DNA of 64,000 nt, taken from Candidatus Gottesmanbacteria bacterium GW2011_GWA2_43_14 (GTDB taxonomy: Bacteria > Patescibacteriota > Microgenomatia > 2-02-FULL-39-11). Position numbers and translations under genes: made by a program. The notes beneath the pieces were generated by a model that was not told the DNA's origin, searched no databases, and saw only the letters and a program-made list of their open reading frames with translations. This document shows, one piece after another, positions 9,320 to 19,320 of this stretch (positions are counted from its first letter, which is position 1; every line of letters begins with the position of its first letter). The DNA is taken from the NCBI GenBank assembly GCA_000999095.1, contig LCFP01000001.1:74230-138229 (forward strand), read 5' to 3'.

Positions 9320-10383
9320 GGATCGAATTTAAGTTGCAGACTATTCTCGGAATATTCAGGCAAGTGGGATTTAGCCGCCCTATATATAGCTGCTTTCAAG
9401 GATTCCGGAGTTGCCTTGTTTTGATCCAAAACTATGGCCATTCCTGCCTTTTCCAAAAACCGGGCATTTTCCCTTTGTTCCATTTCCGCCGACCAGGGCA
9501 AGGGTATTAAAACCGCCTTTTTGCGGAAATAACAAAGCTCTGCTACCGTGTTGGCTCCTGACCGGCCCACTACAACAGCCGCATCACGGAAAATGCTGCC
9601 GGTTTCATCAATATCTATCGTCTTTACAATTCTAAATCGGGAACTAATTTTTGCAGGCAGACTGTTTTTCAATTTTACTAATAAACGGAAATCCTGTCCC
9701 TCATTACTTTCACCGCATTGGAGGATTATACGGAAATCATTTAACAAAAGCCTGATAATAGGGTAAATCAGCCGGTTGATGGAGTGGGAACCCTGGCTGC
9801 CTCCTGTTATAAAAAGCATTGGCAATGACTCTCTGTTAAATTTAGTGTTATTGGCCGCAACTATTGAGCTGCGCATCGGCATGCCCGTTACCTTGACTTT
9901 AGCAGAGGCAGGAACTTTCCCGGTCGCTTCATAAGACAAATAAGTCAGCCTGGCAAATCTGCCGATCAGTCTATTGGCCAAACCCATCACAGCCGTCTGC
10001 TCATGGGTCACCACGGGTATGCCCAAAATTTTCCCAGCGTATGACACAGGCAAAGCCAGAAATCCGCCAAACGAAATAATGATCCCGGGCCGGATTTTAT
10101 TCAACTGTATTAAAGCCGTCAGAAAACCTATTGGGATTTTTAACAATTCCGGTAAAATACGCCAGGTAAAATGCCTGGGCAACTTACCTGCTGAAAACGG
10201 GATGAACTGCGCCTGATATTTACTGACGGTGACCGATTCCAGTGAGGGTATTTTTTCACCTGACAATGAATATAGGCGTCCGAAATAATGGAGCTGCCAA
10301 CCGTCAGCCAAGAGGCATTCCATGACGGCTATGGCCGGAGTCAGATGACCGCCGCAAATAACAGCTTTTTTTACTACCTTCAT
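9274..10383 (-). CDS. murG: Undecaprenyl-PP-MurNAc-pentapeptide UDP-GlcNAc transferase MurG
   Basis: 369 aa. GT28 architecture: N-terminus ICGGHLTPAIAV and C-terminal GGSQGSHSIN motif. Confidence 0.9.
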   Translation of the reverse strand: MKVVKKAVICGGHLTPAIAVMECLLADGWQLHYFGRLYSLSGEKIPSLESVTVSKYQAQFIPFSAGKLPRHFTWRILPELLKIPIGFLTALIQLNKIRPGIIISFGGFLALPVSYAGKILGIPVVTHEQTAVMGLANRLIGRFARLTYLSYEATGKVPASAKVKVTGMPMRSSIVAANNTKFNRESLPMLFITGGSQGSHSINRLIYPIIRLLLNDFRIILQCGESNEGQDFRLLVKLKNSLPAKISSRFRIVKTIDIDETGSIFRDAAVVVGRSGANTVAELCYFRKKAVLIPLPWSAEMEQRENARFLEKAGMAIVLDQNKATPESLKAAIYRAAKSHLPEYSENSLQLKFDPCAKKLVNILGQILN

Positions 10384-11495
10384 GATTTCTTTTTGACAGC
10401 CTGACGGGAAATATTCAATATAATTCCGACACAGGTCAGCGAAACCAAAAGACTCGACCCGCCGTATGAAATAAAAGGCAGGGGCACTCCTGTCAGGGGC
10501 AGGACTGCCACCATCGAACCCAGATTAACAATGATCTGGAAACCGAAAAATGCCATTATGCCGCTGCCTAAAAGATACGACATTTTATCAGGTGCGTTTT
10601 TTACCGTCAGGAAAATCCTGTATAAGAACAACAGGTATAAAAAAATGAGGATACCTGAGCCCAAAAATCCCAGCTCTTCTCCGATAATGGCAAAAATGGA
10701 ATCGGTCGTGGCTTCAGGCAGGTAAAGATATTTTTGCCTTGAAGCTCCCAGGCCTAAACCGGACAACCCGCCGGAACCCAAAGATATGAGAATCTGCCTG
10801 ATATGATAAGACGAACCTAACGGATCCAGTTCGGGATTAAAAAATGTCATCAGCCGCTGATAGCGGTATGGCGAAATTACAGCCATGATTAAGACACCGA
10901 GAACAGACAGAGGAATCAGCAAAACAAACTGCCACCAGGGAGCTTGTGAGACAAAATAAACAGTCAGAAAAATTGCTGTCAGGATAATGGCCGTCCCCAG
11001 ATCCGGCTGGAGCAGGACGAGGCCGACAATTATTGACAGAAGAACCATAAAAGATGCCAGACGGCCTTTTTCTTTTGAATTAAGCCATGAGGCAAGATAA
11101 ATAATCAGTGTCAGTTTTGCCAGTTCAGAAGGCTGAAAATTGATAAAGCCCAAAGACAGCCAGCGGCGCGCCCCCAGCACTTTGATTCCCAATCCGGGAA
11201 TCAGGACTGCAATCAAACTGACGATTGTTACAAGGAGAAAGGGCACTGACAGCTGAAAATATTTTTTGTAGGGAAAAAAAGCCGCCAATCCCATGACGAC
11301 CACCCCTATCAGGCTCCAGACAAACTGGTCACGGACAAAATGGTATTTGTCCGCAAATGATTCGAAAGCGGCGAAATTGGAGGCTTCATAAATCATCAAT
11401 AATCCGAACAGTGTAAATAACAATGACAATCCCAAAAGCAGGAAATCGCTTTTTTTCTCCTGCCGGAAATATTTGACTCTGTCGTGAAAATACAT
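10380..11495 (-). CDS. ftsW: SEDS-family lipid II flippase / peptidoglycan polymerase FtsW
   Basis: Polytopic membrane protein carrying FQPSELAKL. Sits in the dcw position between mraY and murG. The start is trimmed to the internal ATG (MYFHDRV..., ATG at 11495..11493) to remove a 122-nt overlap with mraY. The longest ORF extends to 11636. Confidence 0.85.
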   Translation of the reverse strand: MYFHDRVKYFRQEKKSDFLLLGLSLLFTLFGLLMIYEASNFAAFESFADKYHFVRDQFVWSLIGVVVMGLAAFFPYKKYFQLSVPFLLVTIVSLIAVLIPGLGIKVLGARRWLSLGFINFQPSELAKLTLIIYLASWLNSKEKGRLASFMVLLSIIVGLVLLQPDLGTAIILTAIFLTVYFVSQAPWWQFVLLIPLSVLGVLIMAVISPYRYQRLMTFFNPELDPLGSSYHIRQILISLGSGGLSGLGLGASRQKYLYLPEATTDSIFAIIGEELGFLGSGILIFLYLLFLYRIFLTVKNAPDKMSYLLGSGIMAFFGFQIIVNLGSMVAVLPLTGVPLPFISYGGSSLLVSLTCVGIILNISRQAVKKKS

Positions 11496-11514
11496 TACTG
11501 AAAACTCTGTTTTT

Positions 11515-12552
11515 TTAAGTAATAAAGGCCAACCACAATCCAACAATGGCCAGCACAATTGTCGCCAGCCAGGCACGCAGAACGATGGTCGATTCGTGCC
11601 AACCGCGGTTTTGCAGCCATAAATGAAAGGGGGCAACAGCCATTACCTTTTTGCCGGCATATCTTTTACTTAAAAGCTGAATCAGCGAAGTCGTGATTTC
11701 CAAAACAAAGATACCGCCGATAATAATCAGTGAAAATGTTTTACCCAGCATCAGACCGACCACAGCAAAAGTGGCACCGAAGGATAAAGCTCCAACATCA
11801 CCCAGAAAAATTCTGGCAGGGTAAACATTAAAGTATAGAAATGCCAGGATGCTGCCGAGCCAGATGGCAATAAACAGGGTCATCGGCGTATCCAGGATGG
11901 AACCTGAGATGACCCAAAAGGCAATCAGGGCTATCAGGAGTATGCCGGTGGCCAAACCGTCAAGCCCGTCGGTAATGTTATAGGCATTGGCAAAAGCTAC
12001 GATTACAAACGCGGCAAATAGTATATAAAATATTCCCAAATCGATAACACCTATAAGGGGAACATTAATTATGGAAATCTTCAAATCAAAATAAAGCCAA
12101 AAAGCCAATAAGAGCGCCAAAATAATCTCCAGCAGAAGTTTATGCCTTAACCGCAAACCGAAAAATTTATCCCGCCTGCCGAAAAAGATTTTTTTTATGT
12201 CGTCATAGAGACCGATCAAACCGAATGATATGAAACCGAAAAGCATAATTTTTAATTCTGCAGTTATATTGGGGTAGACAGAATAAACCGGCAGCCAGAA
12301 ATAATACATATAGGGAAAACTGAGTAAAAATATCAGGGTAGTATTGAAAATCAATAGAAATCCACCTCCGATTGGTGTACCGGCTTTTTTCCGGTGGAAC
12401 ATGTCGAAAATGGGTGTCGGTTTATTCAGGGCATCACGCGTTTCCTGCCGTTGTCTTTTAAATTTAATCTTATACAACAAGTTGATAAACGGTATGATGG
12501 TAACCGCATTTAACAGAAACGACAATATTAGAATTCCGAGTATAAAACCCAA
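11515..12552 (-). CDS. mraY: Phospho-N-acetylmuramoyl-pentapeptide transferase MraY
   Basis: 345 aa, polytopic. Contains the DD..DG motif (YDDIKKIFFG) and NAYNITDGLDGLA, both typical of MraY/WecA-family PNPT enzymes. Confidence 0.9.
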   Translation of the reverse strand: MGFILGILILSFLLNAVTIIPFINLLYKIKFKRQRQETRDALNKPTPIFDMFHRKKAGTPIGGGFLLIFNTTLIFLLSFPYMYYFWLPVYSVYPNITAELKIMLFGFISFGLIGLYDDIKKIFFGRRDKFFGLRLRHKLLLEIILALLLAFWLYFDLKISIINVPLIGVIDLGIFYILFAAFVIVAFANAYNITDGLDGLATGILLIALIAFWVISGSILDTPMTLFIAIWLGSILAFLYFNVYPARIFLGDVGALSFGATFAVVGLMLGKTFSLIIIGGIFVLEITTSLIQLLSKRYAGKKVMAVAPFHLWLQNRGWHESTIVLRAWLATIVLAIVGLWLAFIT

Positions 12553-12564
12553 ATTAAATCTCCT

Positions 12565-12933
12565 TTAGCCGATAAATTTGATCAGGTGGGGGAGGAAAAT
12601 GAAAATCCCTACCATCAAAGCGCCTATGGCATATAAAAGCATCATGCCGGCAGCAACATCTTTGGCAATTTTGGCTTCCTGTTTCCATTCTTTGGTGATC
12701 AGGTCAGTCATCGCCTCAATTGAAGTATTGATCATTTCCGCTCCCAGTCCGAAAACTATTACCATGATGATAACCAGCATTTCCGTAAGTTCTATCCGGA
12801 ATAACCATGCCATTAAAAGGGCAATCGACGAGAGCGTCAGGTGTACTGAAAAATTCGGCTGGGTAGTAAATGCCCAACTAAGACCGTTGAGGGCGTTTTT
12901 CAATGATATATGATGTTGCCGCAATCTCCTCAT
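12565..12933 (-). CDS. dgkA: DgkA-family lipid kinase (diacylglycerol/undecaprenol kinase)
   Basis: 122 aa with 3 TM helices and the DgkA-like motif AKDVAAGMMLL. Immediately downstream of mraY, which fits a role in undecaprenyl-carrier recycling (inference). Confidence 0.7.
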   Translation of the reverse strand: MRRLRQHHISLKNALNGLSWAFTTQPNFSVHLTLSSIALLMAWLFRIELTEMLVIIMVIVFGLGAEMINTSIEAMTDLITKEWKQEAKIAKDVAAGMMLLYAIGALMVGIFIFLPHLIKFIG

Positions 12934-12963
12934 AAGGCTATTATAGCTTAATTCAACTTTGTC

Positions 12964-13980
12964 TTAATAACCTTTGTAAATTTTCCTGAAATATTCGACC
13001 AGGTAATTGAAACGATAACCTAGTTTGCTGACGGGATAATCATGTGCATGCAGGTAATTTACCTGCTCTCCTCCGAATCCCTTTTTAAAAAGAGTCAAAT
13101 TCTTCCAGGGATGACGGTCCAGTCCGTCAGGGGCGATGCCCCAAAAATTATAAACCGACTTACCTCTCCTTTTAGCTTCTTTAATTACTTCCCATTGCAG
13201 GAGATAATTAACCGGAGCCTTGGATGGAATGGACGCGCTGTGATGGTATATTGCCTGATGGTTATAAAAAAGAATCATCGCTGATGAAAGGAGTATATTC
13301 TGAAAGAATCCCTCAAAAATCATTATCTGGCCGTCTTTGGCAAATTGCTCAAACTCTTCCTCTATCCCCCGGTGCCTTATAAATCCCTGCCTTTGTGCAG
13401 TTAAATTGTAAAGCTTTTGGAAACTTTCCAGGTTTTTTTTATCGGCTGATTTTTGGATAACTACTCCGGCTTTAGCCGCATTTTTTATCAGGTAACGGGT
13501 CGTTTTGCGCATACCGGCAAGCAACCTGTCTTCATCAGCCGAAAGGTCAAGCACCCAGCAAACTTCACCGTCCATTCTGTGTACCGGACTGGCTGTAAAT
13601 CCGGCAGATTCGATAATGAGGCGGTTTTCGGGGCTATTTTCTATCAAAGGACTGATCCTGATGAATACCGCACCCAGTTCCCGGGCTCTTTCTATAAGAT
13701 AGGCCTGCAATAATTCGAAATATTCTTTCTTCCACGTTTTCAGGACAGGCCCGTGCCTGATATGCAGAAATGACCCCCGCCTGGCATGGATTTTCTGGAC
13801 CTGGAAAATTCCTTCCAGATCTCTGTCAATAAATGCCAGTCTTTTAAAATCAGCTTTTTCCCGGGAATATATTCTCGAGGAAACCTCTCCCCAACTCCAC
13901 GATGAAAATAGGCTGTGTGGGGAGTTCTCTGCCAGAAACTTCTCCCACTTATTTTTATCGTTTATCTCAGCGATTCTCAT
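12964..13980 (-). CDS. FemAB-family peptidoglycan aminoacyltransferase (FemX/MurM-like)
   Basis: 338 aa. Family-level resemblance to FemABX (GNAT-like duplicated fold, FKKGFGGE near the C-terminus). Embedded in the dcw cluster. Confidence 0.6.
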   Translation of the reverse strand: MRIAEINDKNKWEKFLAENSPHSLFSSWSWGEVSSRIYSREKADFKRLAFIDRDLEGIFQVQKIHARRGSFLHIRHGPVLKTWKKEYFELLQAYLIERARELGAVFIRISPLIENSPENRLIIESAGFTASPVHRMDGEVCWVLDLSADEDRLLAGMRKTTRYLIKNAAKAGVVIQKSADKKNLESFQKLYNLTAQRQGFIRHRGIEEEFEQFAKDGQIMIFEGFFQNILLSSAMILFYNHQAIYHHSASIPSKAPVNYLLQWEVIKEAKRRGKSVYNFWGIAPDGLDRHPWKNLTLFKKGFGGEQVNYLHAHDYPVSKLGYRFNYLVEYFRKIYKGY

Positions 13981-15220
13981 ATTGCCTTAATTTAACTGCT
14001 ATACCAACTGCATCTGCTTCCTTCATATTAGGATAAGTCGGTAGGTTTAAACTGGTCTCTGCAGCTATTTCTGCTTTTGGACAGCAGCTTTTACGGTAGC
14101 CGATTTTTTTTAAATCGACACCAATAGGGTCAATAATGGACTGATACCAGTTACCTAATATGATGCCTTCAAGTTTGAAAAAGCGCAGCAGTTTTTTCGC
14201 TTCTGGGTGTAAAATATTATACCTCAGAAAAACCGCACCCGGCAGTTCGGGGGGCAGCTTAGTTTTCTTCATTCCGGCCAGCTCCCTTTGATATATCTCG
14301 CTGATAAGCCTTCTATGCCCGTTATATTCATGCAATTTGTCCAGCTGGTTGAGAAGCAGTACTGCCAGCGCGTTGGGCATCCGGGAAGGATACCGGTCCG
14401 GGCGGCCTCCGTTTAATTCCTTCCGCTCAACGGGCCGCGAAATTAATCCAATTTTCAAAGCGGCAAAAAGAAGCAGTTTTCCTAAACCTAGTCTGTAGAG
14501 GGGAAGAACGAGCGAAAAAAGCAGGGGGTGCATCAGTTGCTGCCCTATCCATTTATTTCCCGGCATTTTTAATTGCCCATATTTCTGTTTAATGACAATT
14601 GCCTGTTTCCCGCTTAAATTATTAAAGACAGCCATACCCCCAAAGATTGAGGAAATGACCTTGTCCCTGCCGAAAGAAAAAGAAGCCGCGTCGCCCCACT
14701 TGCCTGCAGCTTTTCCACCAATTTCTAAACCCAAAGCATGAGAACAGTCTTCTATAAGTACAATCTTGTATTTTTGAGTAATTTTTTTAATCTCATTTAT
14801 TTTAGCCGGCAAACCGAAAGTATGTTGAACAATTATTGCCTTCGTTTTCCGAGTTATCAGTTGTTCCAGAAGCTTAGGATCAATATTCAATGATTCATCT
14901 ATATCTGCATAAACGGGAATTCCCTTCCGCCATAGTATGGAGTCGGGAACAGCCACACAGGTAAATGCCTGGATGATTACCTCATCACCATCCCCGATTC
15001 CCAGAGCTTCTAGAATGAAATACAGAGCGCTCCTGCCGGAATTGAAGGAATAAACCCCGTCAGTATTAAAATTTTTCCTGAAACGGTTTTCCGCTTCTTT
15101 TATCGCCGGGCCTATCTTCCAACGGGAATAATTAAATACTGTCCTCAGGCACAGACTGATATCATCAGGTTGCAGATTAGGCGAAAGAGAGATGGCAATC
15201 GGTTTTTTAAAGAGATTCAT
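13967..15220 (-). CDS. DegT/DnrJ/EryC1/StrS-family PLP-dependent sugar aminotransferase
   Basis: 417 aa. The PLP-lysine context SFSFGRDKVISS and the GxxAL...DEVI layout match the family. Confidence 0.75.
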   Translation of the reverse strand: MNLFKKPIAISLSPNLQPDDISLCLRTVFNYSRWKIGPAIKEAENRFRKNFNTDGVYSFNSGRSALYFILEALGIGDGDEVIIQAFTCVAVPDSILWRKGIPVYADIDESLNIDPKLLEQLITRKTKAIIVQHTFGLPAKINEIKKITQKYKIVLIEDCSHALGLEIGGKAAGKWGDAASFSFGRDKVISSIFGGMAVFNNLSGKQAIVIKQKYGQLKMPGNKWIGQQLMHPLLFSLVLPLYRLGLGKLLLFAALKIGLISRPVERKELNGGRPDRYPSRMPNALAVLLLNQLDKLHEYNGHRRLISEIYQRELAGMKKTKLPPELPGAVFLRYNILHPEAKKLLRFFKLEGIILGNWYQSIIDPIGVDLKKIGYRKSCCPKAEIAAETSLNLPTYPNMKEADAVGIAVKLRQYENR

Positions 15221-16787
15221 TTAAATCGAAAAGCATTTTTTTAAGCCATTTTTGCGCTTCTTTGCCTTCAAAGATGACTACCGTTTCTTTTTTAGCCGAA
15301 GTAAGAATGTCAGATATTATAGAAGCAGATACAGTTTTAACGGGAACTGTGCTCTTTTTTTTCAATTCGGTTGAATAGTTGTCGTTGGTCACTATTATCT
15401 TGGTAAATACTGCCGATAATTTCCGGCCGAGAGCTAAGTGCACTTCATTTGCCTTTTCCCCTAATTCAATCAAAGGAGTCAAAACCAAATATTTATCCCC
15501 CTGATATTTAACGGCATAATCGGCAGCAGCTACCAATCCTTCATAGGTCACATTAAAAGTATCGTCAACCAATGTTAATATATCTGACCGGAAAACTGAC
15601 TTCATGGTTTTGTCCGCCGGCTCAATTCCCTGTAAAGCTCGGACAATCTGGCTATCAGTCAGCTTAAAATATTCCCTGGAGATGACCACGGCCATGGCTA
15701 TATTCTGCAGATTGTGTTCACCCAAAAGATTAGTCCTGACCATAATTTTTGAACCATTCATCTTAAAATTCAAACCATTAGTATCGGCATTAAAGCTGCT
15801 GAATTCGTCCGAAGTCGTAACTGACTGTACAGTTAAACCCCGACTGCGGGCTTTCTCGGCTATCTGACGGCAATACTTGTTCTCACCATTTACGGCCAGG
15901 AAACCCTTATCCGGCAGTCTTGCCGCCAGTTCATATTTGGCTTGTACCGTGTTTTCGATTGATCCGAAAAGGTCTATATGCTGCATACCTATACCCGTGA
16001 TAACAGCCGCCCCCGGCTTAACCAGCCTGCTTATTCCCGCTATTTCTCCCCGGCGGTAAGCTCCTGCTTCGACAATCAGGACTTCTGTTTCTTCATTAAC
16101 TTGCCGGTTGATTAACTTAGCTATGCCGATTTCTGTATTGACACTGCCCGGGGTTGCAACCACCCGGTATTGTGAGGAAAGTATCTGCTTTAAAATTTCC
16201 TTGGTAGATGTCTTTCCGTAACTGCCGGTCAGAGCTACGGTTTTTAAATTCCTGAAGTGTTCCAATTTTGTCCGTGCCCTGCGGATGGCAATCCTCTGTA
16301 TGATTGTTGTAGGCAGAAGGCCGGCTATAACCAGAATAGCCACCAAAGGTCCGGGCAGACGGTCAATAAGGGGCGCCCAAAAAAGCGGTGCGAACCAAAT
16401 TACGGTCATGATGGGTAAAAAGAGGACTGCCCATGATACCAGCAAAATCAGGAAGGCTTTGCCTGTCAGCTTGGGAATTTTCCATCCCCGGATAATCAGT
16501 TCATGTAAATTTAATGCAGCTTCGACTATCCAGCTCAGCCAAAATAACCAGTAAACGGCAATTAAAATCCGCGACTCCCTGACAAAAAGGAAAATCAGGA
16601 AAAGCAACCATTTGAAAAGTGCCATAGGACCCGCGATAAGTTTCCTGCCTAAAGGAGTTTCGAGGTGTGAACGCATCCGGTCAATACGGTATTCCCGTTT
16701 TTGCCACAGGAAAACCAGATAAAGCACCAGTCTTCCCGTCCTTACCAAATATGCGCCTGTGACTATCAGGGCTATCAGATTATGCAT
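15207..16787 (-). CDS. murF: UDP-MurNAc-tripeptide--D-Ala-D-Ala ligase MurF, with an N-terminal polytopic membrane domain
   Basis: 526 aa. Residues 1 to about 175 are hydrophobic with 5-6 predicted TM helices. They are followed by the Mur-ligase P-loop TGSYGKTSTKEI and the central and C-terminal Mur-ligase domains. Position after murE/ftsI and before mraY matches murF. Confidence 0.8.
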   Translation of the reverse strand: MHNLIALIVTGAYLVRTGRLVLYLVFLWQKREYRIDRMRSHLETPLGRKLIAGPMALFKWLLFLIFLFVRESRILIAVYWLFWLSWIVEAALNLHELIIRGWKIPKLTGKAFLILLVSWAVLFLPIMTVIWFAPLFWAPLIDRLPGPLVAILVIAGLLPTTIIQRIAIRRARTKLEHFRNLKTVALTGSYGKTSTKEILKQILSSQYRVVATPGSVNTEIGIAKLINRQVNEETEVLIVEAGAYRRGEIAGISRLVKPGAAVITGIGMQHIDLFGSIENTVQAKYELAARLPDKGFLAVNGENKYCRQIAEKARSRGLTVQSVTTSDEFSSFNADTNGLNFKMNGSKIMVRTNLLGEHNLQNIAMAVVISREYFKLTDSQIVRALQGIEPADKTMKSVFRSDILTLVDDTFNVTYEGLVAAADYAVKYQGDKYLVLTPLIELGEKANEVHLALGRKLSAVFTKIIVTNDNYSTELKKKSTVPVKTVSASIISDILTSAKKETVVIFEGKEAQKWLKKMLFDLNESL

Positions 16788-17508
16788 TTTCTTTTATGAA
16801 CCGGTCCGCTTCACCGGCAAAGTCAGGAACATGGGACCAGGGAACTCCGTGCCTGGCTCCGTCAACTACGGCAAGCCTGCCTTTCGGCAGCCGGCGAAGC
16901 ATTTTTTCGGCAACGGACAGCGGTACAATTTTATCGTGCCTGCCCCAAATAAGCAGTGTGGGAATTTTAACTTCCGGCAATAAAACCGACAGTTCCTCAG
17001 CCACGATGTTTTTAAATGTTTCTTTAAGCTCCGGTTTTGTCCTGTAAAAATCATTGGCGCCGCTTACTCTGTATAATGATTTTTTCATGATTTCCCTCAA
17101 AGGCTTAAAGATGGGCAGACTGAAAATCAGACCGCCCGCTTTGGCTGCTGACAGATATAAAAGACGCTTTCCTGATCCTACCGGCCTGACTCCGGGTGTC
17201 CCGCTTAAAATAAGGGCAGACAAAAGACTCTTTTCAGATGTTGCCAGTTTGATGGCAATTCTGCCGCCGAAAGAATGGCCGATAACTACTGGTTTTATTA
17301 TTTTTCTTTTTTCCAGGTAAACCCGTAAGAAATGCACATAATCGTCTAAATAAAAAGATTTACCTGCCATTTGGCTTTGGCCGAAGCCGGGCAAATCAGG
17401 AGAATAGACCTGATAACCCAATTTTTTGAATTCGGAAGTCAGCGGTTTATATCTGTCTGACGATAAATTCCAACCGTGCAGAATAACCAGAGGATGTTTT
17501 CGCTTCAT
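16780..17508 (-). CDS. Alpha/beta-hydrolase fold protein (esterase/lipase-like)
   Basis: 242 aa. Nucleophile elbow GHSFGG, an N-terminal HG oxyanion-hole motif (ILHGW), and a C-terminal His. Confidence 0.65.
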   Translation of the reverse strand: MKRKHPLVILHGWNLSSDRYKPLTSEFKKLGYQVYSPDLPGFGQSQMAGKSFYLDDYVHFLRVYLEKRKIIKPVVIGHSFGGRIAIKLATSEKSLLSALILSGTPGVRPVGSGKRLLYLSAAKAGGLIFSLPIFKPLREIMKKSLYRVSGANDFYRTKPELKETFKNIVAEELSVLLPEVKIPTLLIWGRHDKIVPLSVAEKMLRRLPKGRLAVVDGARHGVPWSHVPDFAGEADRFIKENA

Positions 17509-17514
17509 AATGCC

Positions 17515-19317
17515 TTACTTGACTGTCACCGACTTGGCCAGATTGCGCGGTTTATCAGGGTCAATGCCTTTTTGGATAGCCAGATAATAACCCAACAACT
17601 GAGCGATAACCGTATTCGGGATAGCGGAAGCGATACCGCAATCAACGACAGGCAGAAAGATGTCGAAGCACTCATGCGGTTTATTACTTATACCGATTAT
17701 CAAGCCGCCGCGGGATTTCATTTCGATAAGCCCGGAAAGAGTATCATTATATGTCTCATCATTCGGCAAAAAACCTATACAGGGGGTATTTTTTTCTATC
17801 AGGGCTATCACTCCGTGTTTCAGTTCTCCTGCCGGGAAACCTTCGGCATGTACATATGAAGCTTCTTTGATTTTTAAAGCCGCCTCCAATGCTACAGGAT
17901 AGGAAACCCCCCTGCCGATTATATATATATCCTTAGCCGATGATAAATTTTCCGCCAGGGATTGAATTTTTTTTCTGTAGGCAGAACTTACTACGCGTGC
18001 AGCTTCTCGTCCGGCTGTTTCCAGAATTTTTCTCCCTGAAACACCGTCTTTTTTCAAAAGGTAGGCAATCATCATCAGATACGCCAATTTGGAGGTAAAG
18101 GCTTTTGTCGAAACCACGGCTTTTTCGGTTCCGGCATGCAATAACTGTTTATGGTCTGCCATACGGTAAAGACTTGAGCCTAAAACATTGACCAGGGCGC
18201 CTACCTGTACGCCTTTTCCTCTGGCTTTTTTCAAACTGTCCAAAAGGTCAATTGTTTCGCCTGATTGTGACAAACCAATGACCAAGCTTTTGGGGGTTAA
18301 AAAATCTATTAAATAACTGAATTCGCTGGCTACCGAAAAGTTGACATGCTTTTTGGCTATTTTGGAAAAAATATATGTCCCTGCTAAACAGGCATATGCG
18401 GCTGTACCGCAGCCAACGAGGTAGGTACCGTAAGAATTGTCAATTAGTTTAGCGAATTCGGGAAGGGTAACTTCGGTCGAAGCTGCTATACCCAAAAGGA
18501 TTTTTGGCTGATCAAAAATTTCTTTAAGCATGAAATGCGGTAGCTTGCCCTTGTCTTCTTTTTCAATTTTCCAGTCTATCTGCTGGAACCTGACCGGTTT
18601 TTCTTGCCCGTCGGCCAGATTTTGCACTGTAATGCCTGAACGGTCAAGGGTAATGATTTCCCCGTCTTCCATGAAATAAAGCCTCCTGGTATAAGGCAGG
18701 ATGGCATGGGCATCCGAGGCTAGAAAATTTTCCCCGTGGCTTTCTCCGTGTCCGGCAATTAACGGACTGCCGTTTTTAGCGGCGACAAAAACTTCACTTT
18801 CCGCATCCATGGCGATAACTGCATTAAGTCCGGAAAACTTCCCGAATGCCTGACGGACAGCCCTTCCGAAAAGTACTTTACGGCTTAATCCTTTCTTTTC
18901 TGATTTTGAAATGATCTCTTCAATCAAATGCACGGCTACTTCAGTATCGGTTTCCGACCGGAAACGGTGCCCTGTCTTGACCAGTTCTTTTTTAATTTCC
19001 AAATAATTTTCAATTATGCCGTTATGGATTAATGCTATCCTACCGCTGCAATCTAGGTGGGGATGGGCGTTTTCCATGGTTACTCCGCCATGGGTCGCCC
19101 AACGGGTATGGCCCAAAGCCATACCGTTATCGGGCAGGCTGTCAACCCGGGAATCGCCGATTTTCCCCGTATTTTTCAAAATCCTTAATTTACCGTTTTT
19201 ATCAGGGGCAGCCAAACCCCAAGAATCATATCCCCGGTATTCCAGGCTTTTAAGCCCCTCAAAAACCAAACCGGGTACATTTTTCCTGGTTCCGATATAA
19301 CCGAAAATTCCGCACAT
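17515..19317 (-). CDS. glmS: Glutamine--fructose-6-phosphate aminotransferase GlmS
   Basis: 600 aa. MCGIFGYIG N-terminal nucleophile (Ntn amidotransferase) plus two SIS domains. The C-terminal ...KSVTVK is GlmS-like. Confidence 0.9.
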   Translation of the reverse strand: MCGIFGYIGTRKNVPGLVFEGLKSLEYRGYDSWGLAAPDKNGKLRILKNTGKIGDSRVDSLPDNGMALGHTRWATHGGVTMENAHPHLDCSGRIALIHNGIIENYLEIKKELVKTGHRFRSETDTEVAVHLIEEIISKSEKKGLSRKVLFGRAVRQAFGKFSGLNAVIAMDAESEVFVAAKNGSPLIAGHGESHGENFLASDAHAILPYTRRLYFMEDGEIITLDRSGITVQNLADGQEKPVRFQQIDWKIEKEDKGKLPHFMLKEIFDQPKILLGIAASTEVTLPEFAKLIDNSYGTYLVGCGTAAYACLAGTYIFSKIAKKHVNFSVASEFSYLIDFLTPKSLVIGLSQSGETIDLLDSLKKARGKGVQVGALVNVLGSSLYRMADHKQLLHAGTEKAVVSTKAFTSKLAYLMMIAYLLKKDGVSGRKILETAGREAARVVSSAYRKKIQSLAENLSSAKDIYIIGRGVSYPVALEAALKIKEASYVHAEGFPAGELKHGVIALIEKNTPCIGFLPNDETYNDTLSGLIEMKSRGGLIIGISNKPHECFDIFLPVVDCGIASAIPNTVIAQLLGYYLAIQKGIDPDKPRNLAKSVTVK

Positions 19318-19320
19318 AGC

